DNA of 61,869 nt, the filler included. It is 5 parts of 5 records of this genome, joined end to end, with 100 filler letters (N's around TTAATTAATTAA, not from the genome) between each part and the next. Parts side by side here need not be neighbours in the genome. Positions count along the whole stretch, not along the records: positions 1 to 25,626 come from SRR2962707_1027; 4 more parts are not named here. One strand, given 5' to 3'. The notes beneath the pieces are model-generated. The model saw only the letters and a program-made list of their open reading frames with translations. It did not search any database and was not told the origin of the DNA. Each line of letters begins with the position of its first letter. Within the stretch, counting starts at the first letter, position 1. Shown here piece after piece: positions 1 to 9,121 of the stretch. The translations under genes and the position numbers were made by a program.

Positions 1-29
1 CGAGGGTTCGAATCCCTTCCTCTCCGCCA
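1..29 (+). tRNA. 3' end of tRNA-Ser (truncated by window start)
   Basis: T-arm GAGGG-TTCGAAT-CCCTT, acceptor 3' strand CCTCTCC, discriminator G, encoded CCA. Confidence 0.85.
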
Positions 30-36
30 TCCACCC
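13..36 (+). repeat. attL core TCCCTTCCTCTCCGCCATCCACCC
   Basis: Identical to 18294-18317; overlaps tRNA 3' end. Confidence 0.92.
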
Positions 37-83
37 CCTAAGTCATTGAAGTCCCAGAAAGTCCTTGCATTGCAAGGGTTTCA

Positions 84-116
84 GTCACAAATTTGGTGAC
101 AAAACTGGTGACAAAA
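84..116 (+). promoter_or_regulatory. Putative integrase arm-type sites (GTCACAAA, GGTGACAAAA x2)
   Basis: Same motifs recur at 18210-18243 just inside attR. Confidence 0.65.
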
Positions 117-120
117 TCAC

Positions 121-1755
121 ATGGCCAAGGTCAAGCACCTCCACGAAATCAAAGGTCGTTTCGCAGTTCGCGTGGGTGTGCCCGCAGCGTTGCGTGGAAT
201 CGTATTTGGTGGCGATCCCGGTTCTGAGCTCCGCGAATGGCTGGGCACTGATAGAAAAGTTGCAGAGCGTGCAGCGCCGGAAGTAGTCGCGCGGTTCTAT
301 CGGCGCATTGATGAGGCGAAGGCCCAGCTCACCGCAGTTACGCCGACGCTGGGCACCGCAGCAAAGCATCACTACGCCGCTGAGCTAGTTCATGACGACC
401 GGGAGCGCATGAGCGGTGGCACGGCGACGCTCCGGAAGCACACGACACCGCACCGTGCCACCTTGCTCCGCATGCTTGTCAGCGGCGCGCTGCCACCCGA
501 TGAGGCCGAAGCTGTTATGGGCGATGCTGCTGATGCAGTTCTGGCCGTTGGTGCAGCGGACAAGGCGCTGCCGCGCATGGATTTGCTCAAGGCGCTCGCA
601 GAGGCACAGCTAGAGGCCATGGCGGGCGCTGAGCAGCGTGATGCAGGTAAAGTGGCACTTGCGCCCCCAGCCAGCCCTCTGTTGCAGCCAGAGGAGCCCG
701 CAACGCCCGCGCCGGTGAAACCACGCGCCACTGAGCACTCTGGGGAGACGATAGGTGAGGTTCTGGACCTATTCCATCGTGAGCGCACCGCAGGTGGACG
801 CAGCCTATCTGAGAAAACCATGCACGAGCACAAGGTTGCTATCCGCATGTTGCAGGAGTTCTTGGGGCAGGGGATCGCGGCCAGCTCAATCACGACCGCA
901 GACATGCGCAATTACAAGAATGCGCTTATCGAGACGCCAGCGAACTATGCGCTGCGCTTCCCTGGCATGACGTTGCCGAAGGCCATCGCCGCTAACAAGA
1001 AGCTGGCCAAGCCATTCCCCACACTCAACGCCAACACGATCAATGAGAAGTGGCTATCGCACGTCAGCACCATTCTTGGCTGGGCGATGAAGAACGGCTT
1101 TGTCGAATACAACCCGGCACGCGGCATCAAGATCGACCGGGGCAGGGGATATGAAGAACCTAGCCGCGTTGGTTTCAGTGGCGACGACCTCAAGCGCCTG
1201 TTTGGCACGACGCTGTTTGCTGACCCGGCCAAATACGAAACCCAGCAATGGGCGCTGCTCATAGCGCTCTTCACCGGCGCGCGCTCATCGAGCGAGATTG
1301 CGCGCATCAAGCTCAGTGACATCTATCAGGAGCAGGGTGTCTGGGTCTTTGATCTTGAAGAGGCCACCAAGAACGTCCACTCAAAGCGGCTGGTGCCAAT
1401 TCACAAGAAGCTCATTGAGCTGGGTATTCTAGAATACGTTGAGCGCTTGAAAAAGAAGGGCAAGACCAAGTTATTTTGGGATTGGGAGCCCGAAGACAAG
1501 ATCAACCGCTGGTTCCTGCGCACCTACAGGGCCCAGGTCGGCATCACGGATTCCCGCAAGGTCTTCCATAGCTTCCGGCATACGCTCAAGACGGCGCTGG
1601 CACGGCACGGCATCAATCGGGACGTATCGGACCTGATCACCGGCCACAAAGATCAGTCGGTCGGCGGCATCTATATCGGTGATGCTAGTGTCACGATGAT
1701 TGAGGCGATGCGCGACGGGCTGAACCGGTTGGAGTTCAGCCTTCGCAATGACTAG
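121..1755 (+). CDS. int: Tyrosine recombinase/integrase with extended (DUF6538-like) N-terminus
   Basis: ALFTGAR, HSFRH, ITGH and GGIY catalytic motifs; adjacent to att/tRNA. Confidence 0.93.
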   Translation: MAKVKHLHEIKGRFAVRVGVPAALRGIVFGGDPGSELREWLGTDRKVAERAAPEVVARFYRRIDEAKAQLTAVTPTLGTAAKHHYAAELVHDDRERMSGGTATLRKHTTPHRATLLRMLVSGALPPDEAEAVMGDAADAVLAVGAADKALPRMDLLKALAEAQLEAMAGAEQRDAGKVALAPPASPLLQPEEPATPAPVKPRATEHSGETIGEVLDLFHRERTAGGRSLSEKTMHEHKVAIRMLQEFLGQGIAASSITTADMRNYKNALIETPANYALRFPGMTLPKAIAANKKLAKPFPTLNANTINEKWLSHVSTILGWAMKNGFVEYNPARGIKIDRGRGYEEPSRVGFSGDDLKRLFGTTLFADPAKYETQQWALLIALFTGARSSSEIARIKLSDIYQEQGVWVFDLEEATKNVHSKRLVPIHKKLIELGILEYVERLKKKGKTKLFWDWEPEDKINRWFLRTYRAQVGITDSRKVFHSFRHTLKTALARHGINRDVSDLITGHKDQSVGGIYIGDASVTMIEAMRDGLNRLEFSLRND

Positions 1756-2002
1756 CCTGCTGGCGAAACTGGACACTCCCAATGTCGAGAGTAGTATAGT
1801 CCTTTCAATAGTTTAGCAAGATAAGCAGTCAAAAAGTGGGCCAAAGTGGATCACCATCTTGGACTCGGAACGGCACTGTTGCCGGTCATATATGTAGGGC
1901 GCTCGCCCATGGGCAGAGATGTAAGAACTGGACATTTGCAGACTCGCCCCTCTATCTGAGTGCCAAGCGCCATAGGGGCCAACGGTGGGGATTCTGCGCA
2001 AA

Positions 2003-3145
2003 ATGGCCAACAACCGAACTGTGTCGAAGGCAAGAGCCAACAAGCAGGATGAGTTTTACACCCAGCTTAGCGATATCAGCAACGAGCTCAGACACTATAG
2101 ATCGCAGCTTCGTGGAAAGACTATATTATGTAACTGTGACGATCCCTACGAGAGTAATTTCTTTAGATACTTTGCGCTCAACTTCAACGCTCTGGGCCTT
2201 AAAAAGCTGATCGCAACCAGTTACGATAAATCTGCCATTGCCGGTGGGCACCTGCCACTTCTTGACATCGAGGGTTTGAAGCCAGAGGGTCAGCAACCTT
2301 ACGCTATTGAAATCAATGAAGTCCCTGATCATAACGGCGATGGTGCGATTGACCTCAGTGATGTCGAGTATCTTCTTAAGCACGATGCAAATACCGCGCG
2401 GCCATTGAAGGGCGATTCCGAATGGGCGGCGGGCGACTTCCGAAGCTTCGAGTGCGTAAACTATCTATCTCAGGCAGATGTGGTAGTGACCAACCCGCCA
2501 TTCTCTCTATTCCGAGAATACATCGCTCAAATCGCGGCGCACGAAAAAAGCTTCCTAGTTATCGGCAACCAAAACGCGATTGACTACCGCGTCGTGTTTG
2601 ATCTCATCATACAGGACAAGCTTTGGCTCGGCGTCGATAATGGCGGGACGAAGTGGTTCCGGGTGCCCAACGACTACGAGATTGCGACAGAGTCTCGCAT
2701 AAAAGTAGAAGATGGCGTCAAATACTTCAGCATGGGCAGTATCATGTGGTTCACCAACATGGACAACCCCAAACGACACGACACCATCCCCCTCTACAAG
2801 GAATACAGTAAGAAAGAATACCCTACATACGATAATTATGATGCCATCGAGGTAAGCAGAGTCGCAGAAATTCCCATCGACTATGAGGGTGTCATGGGAG
2901 TCCCCATCACGTTCTTGGACAAATACAATCCAGCGCAATTCAAGATAGTGGGAATGTGCGAGAATCGAGATTTGTTCGGGTTGAAGACGCGCCTCTACAC
3001 AACAACGGAATGCCAAGATGCCTATTTCAGCATCTTCGGCAAAAAGGGGACATACGACCTGAACGCGGCTGCCGTGGTTCGTGGTCGAAAAGTCTACAAA
3101 CGGCTTCTCATCAGGAGGAAGAGCTCGAATGGAAATCTCGCATAA
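2003..3145 (+). CDS. EcoRI-family adenine-specific DNA methyltransferase
   Basis: KQDEFYT, ILCNCDDP, GDFRS and VVTNPPFSLFREY (motif IV NPPF). Confidence 0.88.
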   Translation: MANNRTVSKARANKQDEFYTQLSDISNELRHYRSQLRGKTILCNCDDPYESNFFRYFALNFNALGLKKLIATSYDKSAIAGGHLPLLDIEGLKPEGQQPYAIEINEVPDHNGDGAIDLSDVEYLLKHDANTARPLKGDSEWAAGDFRSFECVNYLSQADVVVTNPPFSLFREYIAQIAAHEKSFLVIGNQNAIDYRVVFDLIIQDKLWLGVDNGGTKWFRVPNDYEIATESRIKVEDGVKYFSMGSIMWFTNMDNPKRHDTIPLYKEYSKKEYPTYDNYDAIEVSRVAEIPIDYEGVMGVPITFLDKYNPAQFKIVGMCENRDLFGLKTRLYTTTECQDAYFSIFGKKGTYDLNAAAVVRGRKVYKRLLIRRKSSNGNLA

Positions 3146-4229
3146 GAGCGTCACTGTAGCTGACCTTTTCGAGGGTTACCTCGATAGCGGCGAGCTTGGC
3201 GTTCGAGGCTTCGGCGGTCTTCTGGATATTCGCCCCGCGTATCAGCGCGAGTTCGTTTACGATGACAAACTCAAGAAAGCAGTGATCGGCACGCTTCGCC
3301 GAGATTTCCCACTGAACACAATGTATTGGGCTGTATCTGGTGACGCTTTTGAGTTGATGGATGGCCAGCAGCGGACCATCAGTATTTGCCAGTATGTCAA
3401 CGGCGACTTTGCGGTTGATATTGATAGCTCACCAATGTTCTTCACGAATTTGACCGCCGAACGGCAGAAACAAATTCTCGAATACAAGTTGTCTGTTTAT
3501 GTGTGCGAAGGCTCGGATGGAGACAAACTTGAATGGTTTAAAATAATAAACATAGCGGGTCTAAAACTGGAGCCGCAGGAGCTCCGGAATGCAATTTACA
3601 CTGGCCCCTGGCTTTCAGACGCAAAAAGGTGGTTTTCCAAGACCGGTGCGCCTGCGGTCGCCATAGGCGCCAAGCTTTTGACCGGAACTCCCAATCGACA
3701 GGCCTATTTGGAAACCGCGCTCGACTGGATTTCTAAGGGTCACATCGAACAGTATATGGCCGAGCATCAGCGAGACCCTAACGCCAACCCACTTTGGACC
3801 TACTTCAAAAACGTCATCGATTGGGTGGATTTAACGTTTCCCAAGCATCGCAGGGAAATGAAAGGCGTGTCGTGGGGGCCGCTCTACGACCAGTATGGCA
3901 ATCAGCCGCTTGATCCGGTGGTGTTGGAGGCGCAGGTTAGCCAATTAATGACCGATAATGACGTGACTAAGAAGTCGGGTGTCTACGATTTTGTTTTGAG
4001 TGGAAGGGAAAGCGCCCTCTCGATCCGAGCCTTCGACGACAACATGAAGAGGGAGGCTTACGAAACACAGGCGGGACTTTGCCCTGCTTGTCCCCCTGAT
4101 AGAGGCCCGTGGGCGCTGAGCGAGATGGAGGCAGATCACATCACGCCTTGGAGCAAGAACGGGAAAACGACTGCGGAAAACTGTCAGATGCTCTGCAAAC
4201 CACACAACCGCACCAAGAGCGGGAAATAG
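3129..4229 (+). CDS. DUF262 (GmrSD-like) domain + C-terminal HNH endonuclease
   Basis: PAYQREFVY, MDGQQRT, WFKIIN; HNH EADHITPWSKNG...NCQMLCKPHN; overlaps MTase stop. Confidence 0.88.
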   Translation: MEISHKSVTVADLFEGYLDSGELGVRGFGGLLDIRPAYQREFVYDDKLKKAVIGTLRRDFPLNTMYWAVSGDAFELMDGQQRTISICQYVNGDFAVDIDSSPMFFTNLTAERQKQILEYKLSVYVCEGSDGDKLEWFKIINIAGLKLEPQELRNAIYTGPWLSDAKRWFSKTGAPAVAIGAKLLTGTPNRQAYLETALDWISKGHIEQYMAEHQRDPNANPLWTYFKNVIDWVDLTFPKHRREMKGVSWGPLYDQYGNQPLDPVVLEAQVSQLMTDNDVTKKSGVYDFVLSGRESALSIRAFDDNMKREAYETQAGLCPACPPDRGPWALSEMEADHITPWSKNGKTTAENCQMLCKPHNRTKSGK

Positions 4230-4266
4230 GATGCTTCGGGCTTGAAAATTTTCCTATTTAGGAATA

Positions 4267-5541
4267 TTGTCTGCTTTCGATCTACCGCGAGCAGAGCTAT
4301 TGCCCATCACCGACTACCTTACCGCCGTATTCCGCAAAGCCGATCCTGAGCCCACACCCGAGCCGGTGACGCTCACCGACCCGCTGGCGTCTTGGCTGTT
4401 CGGTGCGATGCCGACCCACTCCAATGTGTCCGTCAATCCAAAGTCGGCGATGCAGGTGCCAGCCGTATCGTCTGCAGTGGAATTGATTGCCGAGGCAGTC
4501 AGCACACTCCCTGTCAAACTCTTCGTGCGTAATGCCAAGGGCAAGGAAGCCGACCCGGCACACCCTGCCTTTCGCCTTGCGCATGATGAGTCCAACGATT
4601 GGACAAGCGCTGCTGAGCTGCGCACCCAGCTCACCCACGATGCCCTGTTGCACGATCATGGCGGCTTCGCACTCGCCAACCGCGTCAATGGCCGCGTTGT
4701 CGAGTTCATCCGCCTCGAGCCCACCAGCGTTGAGCCCAAGACCGACGACCGCACTGGCGAGCCCTACTACCTGATTAAGCAGGGCCGCAAAAATGTGCGC
4801 CATGAATACCGCGACGTGCTGCATATTCAGGCGTTCGGCGGCTCAGCACCCATCAATCGCGCCCGCAACGCAATCGCCCTGGCTATCGATCTTGAGCGCC
4901 ACGCGGCCAAACTGTTTGCCAATGGCGCGCGTCCATCTGGCATCCTGAGTTCTGACAACGACCTAAAGGACACCACACTCAAGAACATCATCGATATGTG
5001 GACCGCCACCCACGGTGGTGCCGCCAATTCTGGCAAGCCCGCCATCCTGCCCAACGGCATGAAGTGGCAGGCACTGGCATTGTCGAGCGTCGACGCTCAG
5101 TTCCTTGAGCAGTGCCGTTTTCAGAATGAACAGATCGCCCGCGCCTTCCGGGTGCCGCCGACCATGCTCTTCGATCTTGAGCGTGGCACGTGGTCCAACA
5201 CCGAGGAAATGCGCCAGCAGTTCCTTGAGCAGACTTTGCGCCCATGGCTGGACGCTTGGGAGTGGGCATACGCCCGCGTGCTGCTCAACCCCGAAGAACG
5301 CACCAGCCGCTTCTTTGAGTTCATCACCGACGACTTGATGACGGTCAACCACGCCGCACGCGCTGAGATTTACGGCAAGTATGTCGCCATGCGCGCCATG
5401 ACACCCAATGAGGTGCGCGCCGGGCTCAACCTTGCACCGTTGCCCGGTGGAGATGATCTGGCCAACCCCTACACCACCAGCGCCGCACCAGCGCAGGCCA
5501 ACAACGACAACCCACCTGATACCCAGAAAGACGCCGCTTAA
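4267..5541 (+). CDS. HK97-family phage portal protein
   Basis: VPAVSSAVELIAEAVSTLP, FANGARPSGIL, QIARAFRVPP, MTPNEVRA; TTG start uncertain. Confidence 0.92.
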   Translation: MSAFDLPRAELLPITDYLTAVFRKADPEPTPEPVTLTDPLASWLFGAMPTHSNVSVNPKSAMQVPAVSSAVELIAEAVSTLPVKLFVRNAKGKEADPAHPAFRLAHDESNDWTSAAELRTQLTHDALLHDHGGFALANRVNGRVVEFIRLEPTSVEPKTDDRTGEPYYLIKQGRKNVRHEYRDVLHIQAFGGSAPINRARNAIALAIDLERHAAKLFANGARPSGILSSDNDLKDTTLKNIIDMWTATHGGAANSGKPAILPNGMKWQALALSSVDAQFLEQCRFQNEQIARAFRVPPTMLFDLERGTWSNTEEMRQQFLEQTLRPWLDAWEWAYARVLLNPEERTSRFFEFITDDLMTVNHAARAEIYGKYVAMRAMTPNEVRAGLNLAPLPGGDDLANPYTTSAAPAQANNDNPPDTQKDAA

Positions 5542-5858
5542 TGCACAAGGCATTCTTTGGTGACCGTGAGCGAGAATTCGCGCTCACGCCGCACCTGATT
5601 CCAGAACTGGAACACAAGACTGGCAAGGGCATTGCCGCACTCATCGCTGGCTTCCGACACGCAACCTATGCCGACATTGCCGAAACCATCCGACTGGGTC
5701 TCATTGGTGCTGGCGAAAGTCCGCAGGAAGCCCACCGGCTGACTGGGATCTATGTGCCCATGCGCGCACTTGGCGAAGCCCATCTGTTGGCCTTGGATAT
5801 TCTCACCGATCTTTGGACCGGCCCGGAAGAGCAGCCCACTGATGAGGCAGCTTCCTGA
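5541..5858 (+). CDS. GTA-gp10-like tail assembly chaperone
   Basis: FFGDREREFAL...ELE, DIAETIRLGLIGAG pattern; TAATG coupling to portal. Confidence 0.65.
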   Translation: MHKAFFGDREREFALTPHLIPELEHKTGKGIAALIAGFRHATYADIAETIRLGLIGAGESPQEAHRLTGIYVPMRALGEAHLLALDILTDLWTGPEEQPTDEAAS

Positions 5859-7369
5859 TGGAAAAACTCGAAATCAAGGCTGAGGTCAGCATCGATGACG
5901 CTGGCACGATCACCGGCATGGCGTGGCCGTTCGGTGATGCCGATAGCGTTGGCGACATCATTGAAAAAGGTGCTTTTGCCCTTCCACCCGCGCTGCCTAT
6001 CGTGATGGAGCATGACCAGTCACAGGTTGTCGGCGTCTGGGAACAGGCCGCCGAGACCGACGCCGGGCTTGAGGTTAAGGGCCGTCTGTTCGTGGAAGGT
6101 ATCGGCCCGGCGCGTAAGGCCCGCGACGACATGCGCAGCAAGCGCATCACCGGCTTGTCCATCGGCTTCAAGGCCAATGGCTTCGACCCGCTACCCAGCG
6201 GCGGCCGCAAGTTCAACGCCCTTACAATCACCGAAATCTCTCTTTGTCGCCGCCCGGTTCACCCCGGCGCGCGGATTACCTCTGTCAAATCCATCAATCA
6301 GGAAAACCGTATGGACCCCGAGACTAACGACGAAAATGCTGCCCTCGAATTGAAGGCAGCAAACGACAACATCGCCAAGCTGACTGCCCGGCTGGACAAG
6401 GTTGAGGCCAAGGCCAATCGCCCTGTAGCAGCCAATGACAACCGGCCCGCGGCAAACGATAATACCGAGCGCAAGGCATTCGCCGACTTCATGCGCAACG
6501 GCGACACCAGCGAAGTGAAGTCGCTGGGTTATGGCTCGCCATCGAGCGGCGGCATTCTGGCACCCGAGCAGGTGGCAACGTCCATTCTGGAAAAGGTCGC
6601 TGAGTTCTCGCCAGTGCGCAGCCTTGCCCAGACCATCAGTATGTCCGGCCCGCTCTTGCAGCTCCCGCGCCTGGTGGATGAAGTTGAGCCAGTTCCGGTA
6701 GCTGAAACCGCTGCCCGCACAGAAGATGAGCCCAGCTTTGACCAGATCGACCTCAAGCCCTTCGAAATGGCCGTCATCGTCCCGGTGACCCGCATCCTGC
6801 TCGAAGATGCCCAGATCGACCTCACCAGCTATCTGAGCAACCACGTTGCCCGTCGCTTCGGCCAGAAAGAGGCCACTTGGTTCGTCAACGGCAATGGCAC
6901 CACCCAGGCAGAAGGTGTTCTCACGTCCACTGCCGTCGCTGATCATGAAGTTGAAGCCATCACTGGCGACGACCTCATTGACCTCTTCTATTCGATCAAG
7001 ACGGCCTATTCGTCCAATGGCGCTTGGCTGATGAACCGCAAGACCATGGCGGTCGTTCGCAAGCTCAAGGACACTGATGGTTCTTACATCTGGGAACGCG
7101 GCATTGCAGGTGGTCAGCCGCCCCAGCTGCTTGGCCGCCCGGTCTATGAAGCGGTGGACATGCCCGACATTGCAGCCGAGGCCACGCCTATCGTCTTTGG
7201 TGATTTCGCAACTGGTTATGCCATCGCAGACCGGACCGGTTTCGAAATCATCCGCGACGACCTGACCGGCGCTGGCAATGGCATTGTGAAGCTGCATGCC
7301 CGCCGTCGCGTGGGTGGCCGCATTATCATGGGTGAGGCACTGACCAAGCTCAAGCTGGCCGCAGCCTAA
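5858..7369 (+). CDS. Fused prohead protease (S78-like) + HK97 major capsid protein
   Basis: N-term GDIIEKGAF, EHD, GLSIGF, EISL; C-term GGILAPE, NGNGT, AWLMN, KLKDTDGSYIW, LLGRPV, IVFGDF. Confidence 0.92.
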   Translation: MEKLEIKAEVSIDDAGTITGMAWPFGDADSVGDIIEKGAFALPPALPIVMEHDQSQVVGVWEQAAETDAGLEVKGRLFVEGIGPARKARDDMRSKRITGLSIGFKANGFDPLPSGGRKFNALTITEISLCRRPVHPGARITSVKSINQENRMDPETNDENAALELKAANDNIAKLTARLDKVEAKANRPVAANDNRPAANDNTERKAFADFMRNGDTSEVKSLGYGSPSSGGILAPEQVATSILEKVAEFSPVRSLAQTISMSGPLLQLPRLVDEVEPVPVAETAARTEDEPSFDQIDLKPFEMAVIVPVTRILLEDAQIDLTSYLSNHVARRFGQKEATWFVNGNGTTQAEGVLTSTAVADHEVEAITGDDLIDLFYSIKTAYSSNGAWLMNRKTMAVVRKLKDTDGSYIWERGIAGGQPPQLLGRPVYEAVDMPDIAAEATPIVFGDFATGYAIADRTGFEIIRDDLTGAGNGIVKLHARRRVGGRIIMGEALTKLKLAAA

Positions 7370-7372
7370 GCC

Positions 7373-7993
7373 ATGAAGCTTGGCGCGGACGGCATATATG
7401 TCGAGTTGGCAGGCGAGGCTTTCGAGCTTCGCCCGTCTCTTCGCGCCAGCATGCGCCTTGTGCGACGGCATGGGCTCACAGGCCTACTTGCAGCCGCACA
7501 AGACTTCAATGTCACCGTCATCATGGACGTGTTGAGGGAAGCCGCCTTCAAGCCCAGCGTGTTGCTGGTAGAGATCGCGGCGATTGGCCTTGGCCCAGTC
7601 CGCAATCGTCTCAGCGGGCCGCTGGCAGACTTCGTCCTGGCTGTTGCTGGCATTGATCCCGACGACGCCGCGCCGAAAGTGCCAGCGCCCGGCAAGCAGA
7701 TGACCCCGCTCGAATACCACACCCGGCTCTTCGCGGTTGCCACTGGCTGGCTGGGCTGGACACCAGAGGAAGCATGGAACGCGACCCCCGCCGAAATCAT
7801 CGCCGCCAAGGCTGGCCGCACGGACCTCATCACCGACGTGTTGAAGGCCGTGTTTGGAAGCCCAGACGCCCCCGGCCAGACCGCCGATCACTACACGACC
7901 GAACAGCTCAGACAGATCGAAGCGGCTGGCCACGACCCGGCGTTCAATCGGGCTGGCCTTCATGCACTCAAGGGTAAGGAACGCGTTACCTGA
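7373..7993 (+). CDS. Putative tail assembly chaperone (G-T-like)
   Basis: N-term LAGEAFELRPSL and C-term GWLGWTPEEAWNATPAEI resembling gpT-type chaperones. Confidence 0.55.
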   Translation: MKLGADGIYVELAGEAFELRPSLRASMRLVRRHGLTGLLAAAQDFNVTVIMDVLREAAFKPSVLLVEIAAIGLGPVRNRLSGPLADFVLAVAGIDPDDAAPKVPAPGKQMTPLEYHTRLFAVATGWLGWTPEEAWNATPAEIIAAKAGRTDLITDVLKAVFGSPDAPGQTADHYTTEQLRQIEAAGHDPAFNRAGLHALKGKERVT

Positions 7994-8349
7994 TGCCCGT
8001 CGCGCCACCCCGTCTTTGCAGTTGCGGTAACATCGTGCCGTCCGGTGAGCGCTGCGCTTGCCAGATCGCAGGTGATCGCGCTCGCAAGGCCCGCTATGAC
8101 CGCCGCCGCCCGTCAGCGCGTGAGCGCGGCTATAACCATGAATGGCGCAAGGCCCGCGCCGCCTACCTTGCCGCGCACCCTCAATGCACCCATCCCGACT
8201 GCAATGCACTGGCCACCCACGTGGACCACATCATCCCCCACAAGGGTGATGACAGGCTGTTCTGGGACCGCACCAATTGGCAGAGCCTATGCGCCCATCA
8301 TCACAACAGCACCAAGCAGCGCGAAGAGCGCAAGCCGGTGCAGCCATGA
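7993..8349 (+). CDS. Terminase-associated HNH endonuclease (HK97 gp74-like)
   Basis: RGYNHEWRKAR, C..PDC, VDHIIPHKGD..LFWDRTNWQSLCAHHHN. Confidence 0.88.
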   Translation: MPVAPPRLCSCGNIVPSGERCACQIAGDRARKARYDRRRPSARERGYNHEWRKARAAYLAAHPQCTHPDCNALATHVDHIIPHKGDDRLFWDRTNWQSLCAHHHNSTKQREERKPVQP

Positions 8350-8834
8350 CACCAAAAGAAGCCCGCGAGATCGAACGGCTTGAGTTCGAAGCCGATTGCC
8401 GCGCTGCCCGTGAGCGTGCCTATGCGCTCATTGCAGCGCGCCACGGTGCCGAGCGTGCCCGCGTGCTGCGGTGGATTAATGACGAACGCCCTAAGCCCGC
8501 AGTTCGGTTTAAGCCCAAGCCGACACCGGTCCGCAAGGAATCTACGTTGCCGACCGCGACGCCGAAACGTGCACGCCTTCCGTCCGGCAAGCCACAGTAT
8601 GCACGCGGCTTGAGAATGACCTTGAGAGAGTGGGCTGACTATCTCGGTATCAGCCTGAACACCCTCTACCAGCGCATGCACAAGACGCGCTCTCTGGAAG
8701 GTGCCATCGCCATCGGTGACTTGAAGCCGAGCGGCAGACGAAAGGCGGGGGTGGTTGCGAACTTGCCAGCGTCTGAGGGGACCGGCGGGGGGACCGTCGC
8801 GCAAGATATTCCGCAAATAGAGTTTTTACATTGA
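8346..8834 (+). CDS. Hypothetical protein with HTH-like segment
   Basis: MTLREWADYLGISLNTLYQRM; ATGA overlap with HNH gene. Confidence 0.6.
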   Translation: MTPKEAREIERLEFEADCRAARERAYALIAARHGAERARVLRWINDERPKPAVRFKPKPTPVRKESTLPTATPKRARLPSGKPQYARGLRMTLREWADYLGISLNTLYQRMHKTRSLEGAIAIGDLKPSGRRKAGVVANLPASEGTGGGTVAQDIPQIEFLH

Positions 8835-9121
8835 CAGCACTTACCGACCTAAAAGGCCAGCTCAACATCATCGATGACGAGACTGACGACGACCTGCTCA
8901 CGCGCAAGATTGGCGCTGCCGAGGCGTCCGTCACAGCAGACATTGGCGCTGTAACGCCCGTCACCTATGACGATGCGCCTGCTGACCTGCGCGAAGCTAT
9001 TCTCATGAAAGCCGCCCATCTCTTCGAGAACCGGGAGGCCGTTCTGGTCGGCATCAGCGCTCAAGAGCTGCCGCTTGGCTATGCCGACCTTATAGCGCCG
9101 CACCGAAAGTGGGTGTTCTAG
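8831..9121 (+). CDS. Head-tail connector (gp6-like)
   Basis: LKGQLNI..DDDLL, PADLREAILMKAAHLFENRE. Confidence 0.85.
   Translation: MTALTDLKGQLNIIDDETDDDLLTRKIGAAEASVTADIGAVTPVTYDDAPADLREAILMKAAHLFENREAVLVGISAQELPLGYADLIAPHRKWVF

Noticed and set aside
2003-3145. Assigning GAATTC specificity to the methyltransferase
   Set aside because: Family resemblance does not fix the target, and the partner is not an EcoRI-like nuclease
6356-6463. AANDN copies as DNA-level repeats or tmRNA gene fragments
   Set aside because: Synonymous codons vary between copies and no tmRNA-like flanks are visible
6191-7471. 426-aa minus-strand ORF (likewise 10535-11914, 21391-22590, 52037-53107)
   Set aside because: Antisense shadows of well-supported GC-rich genes, with no recognisable motifs
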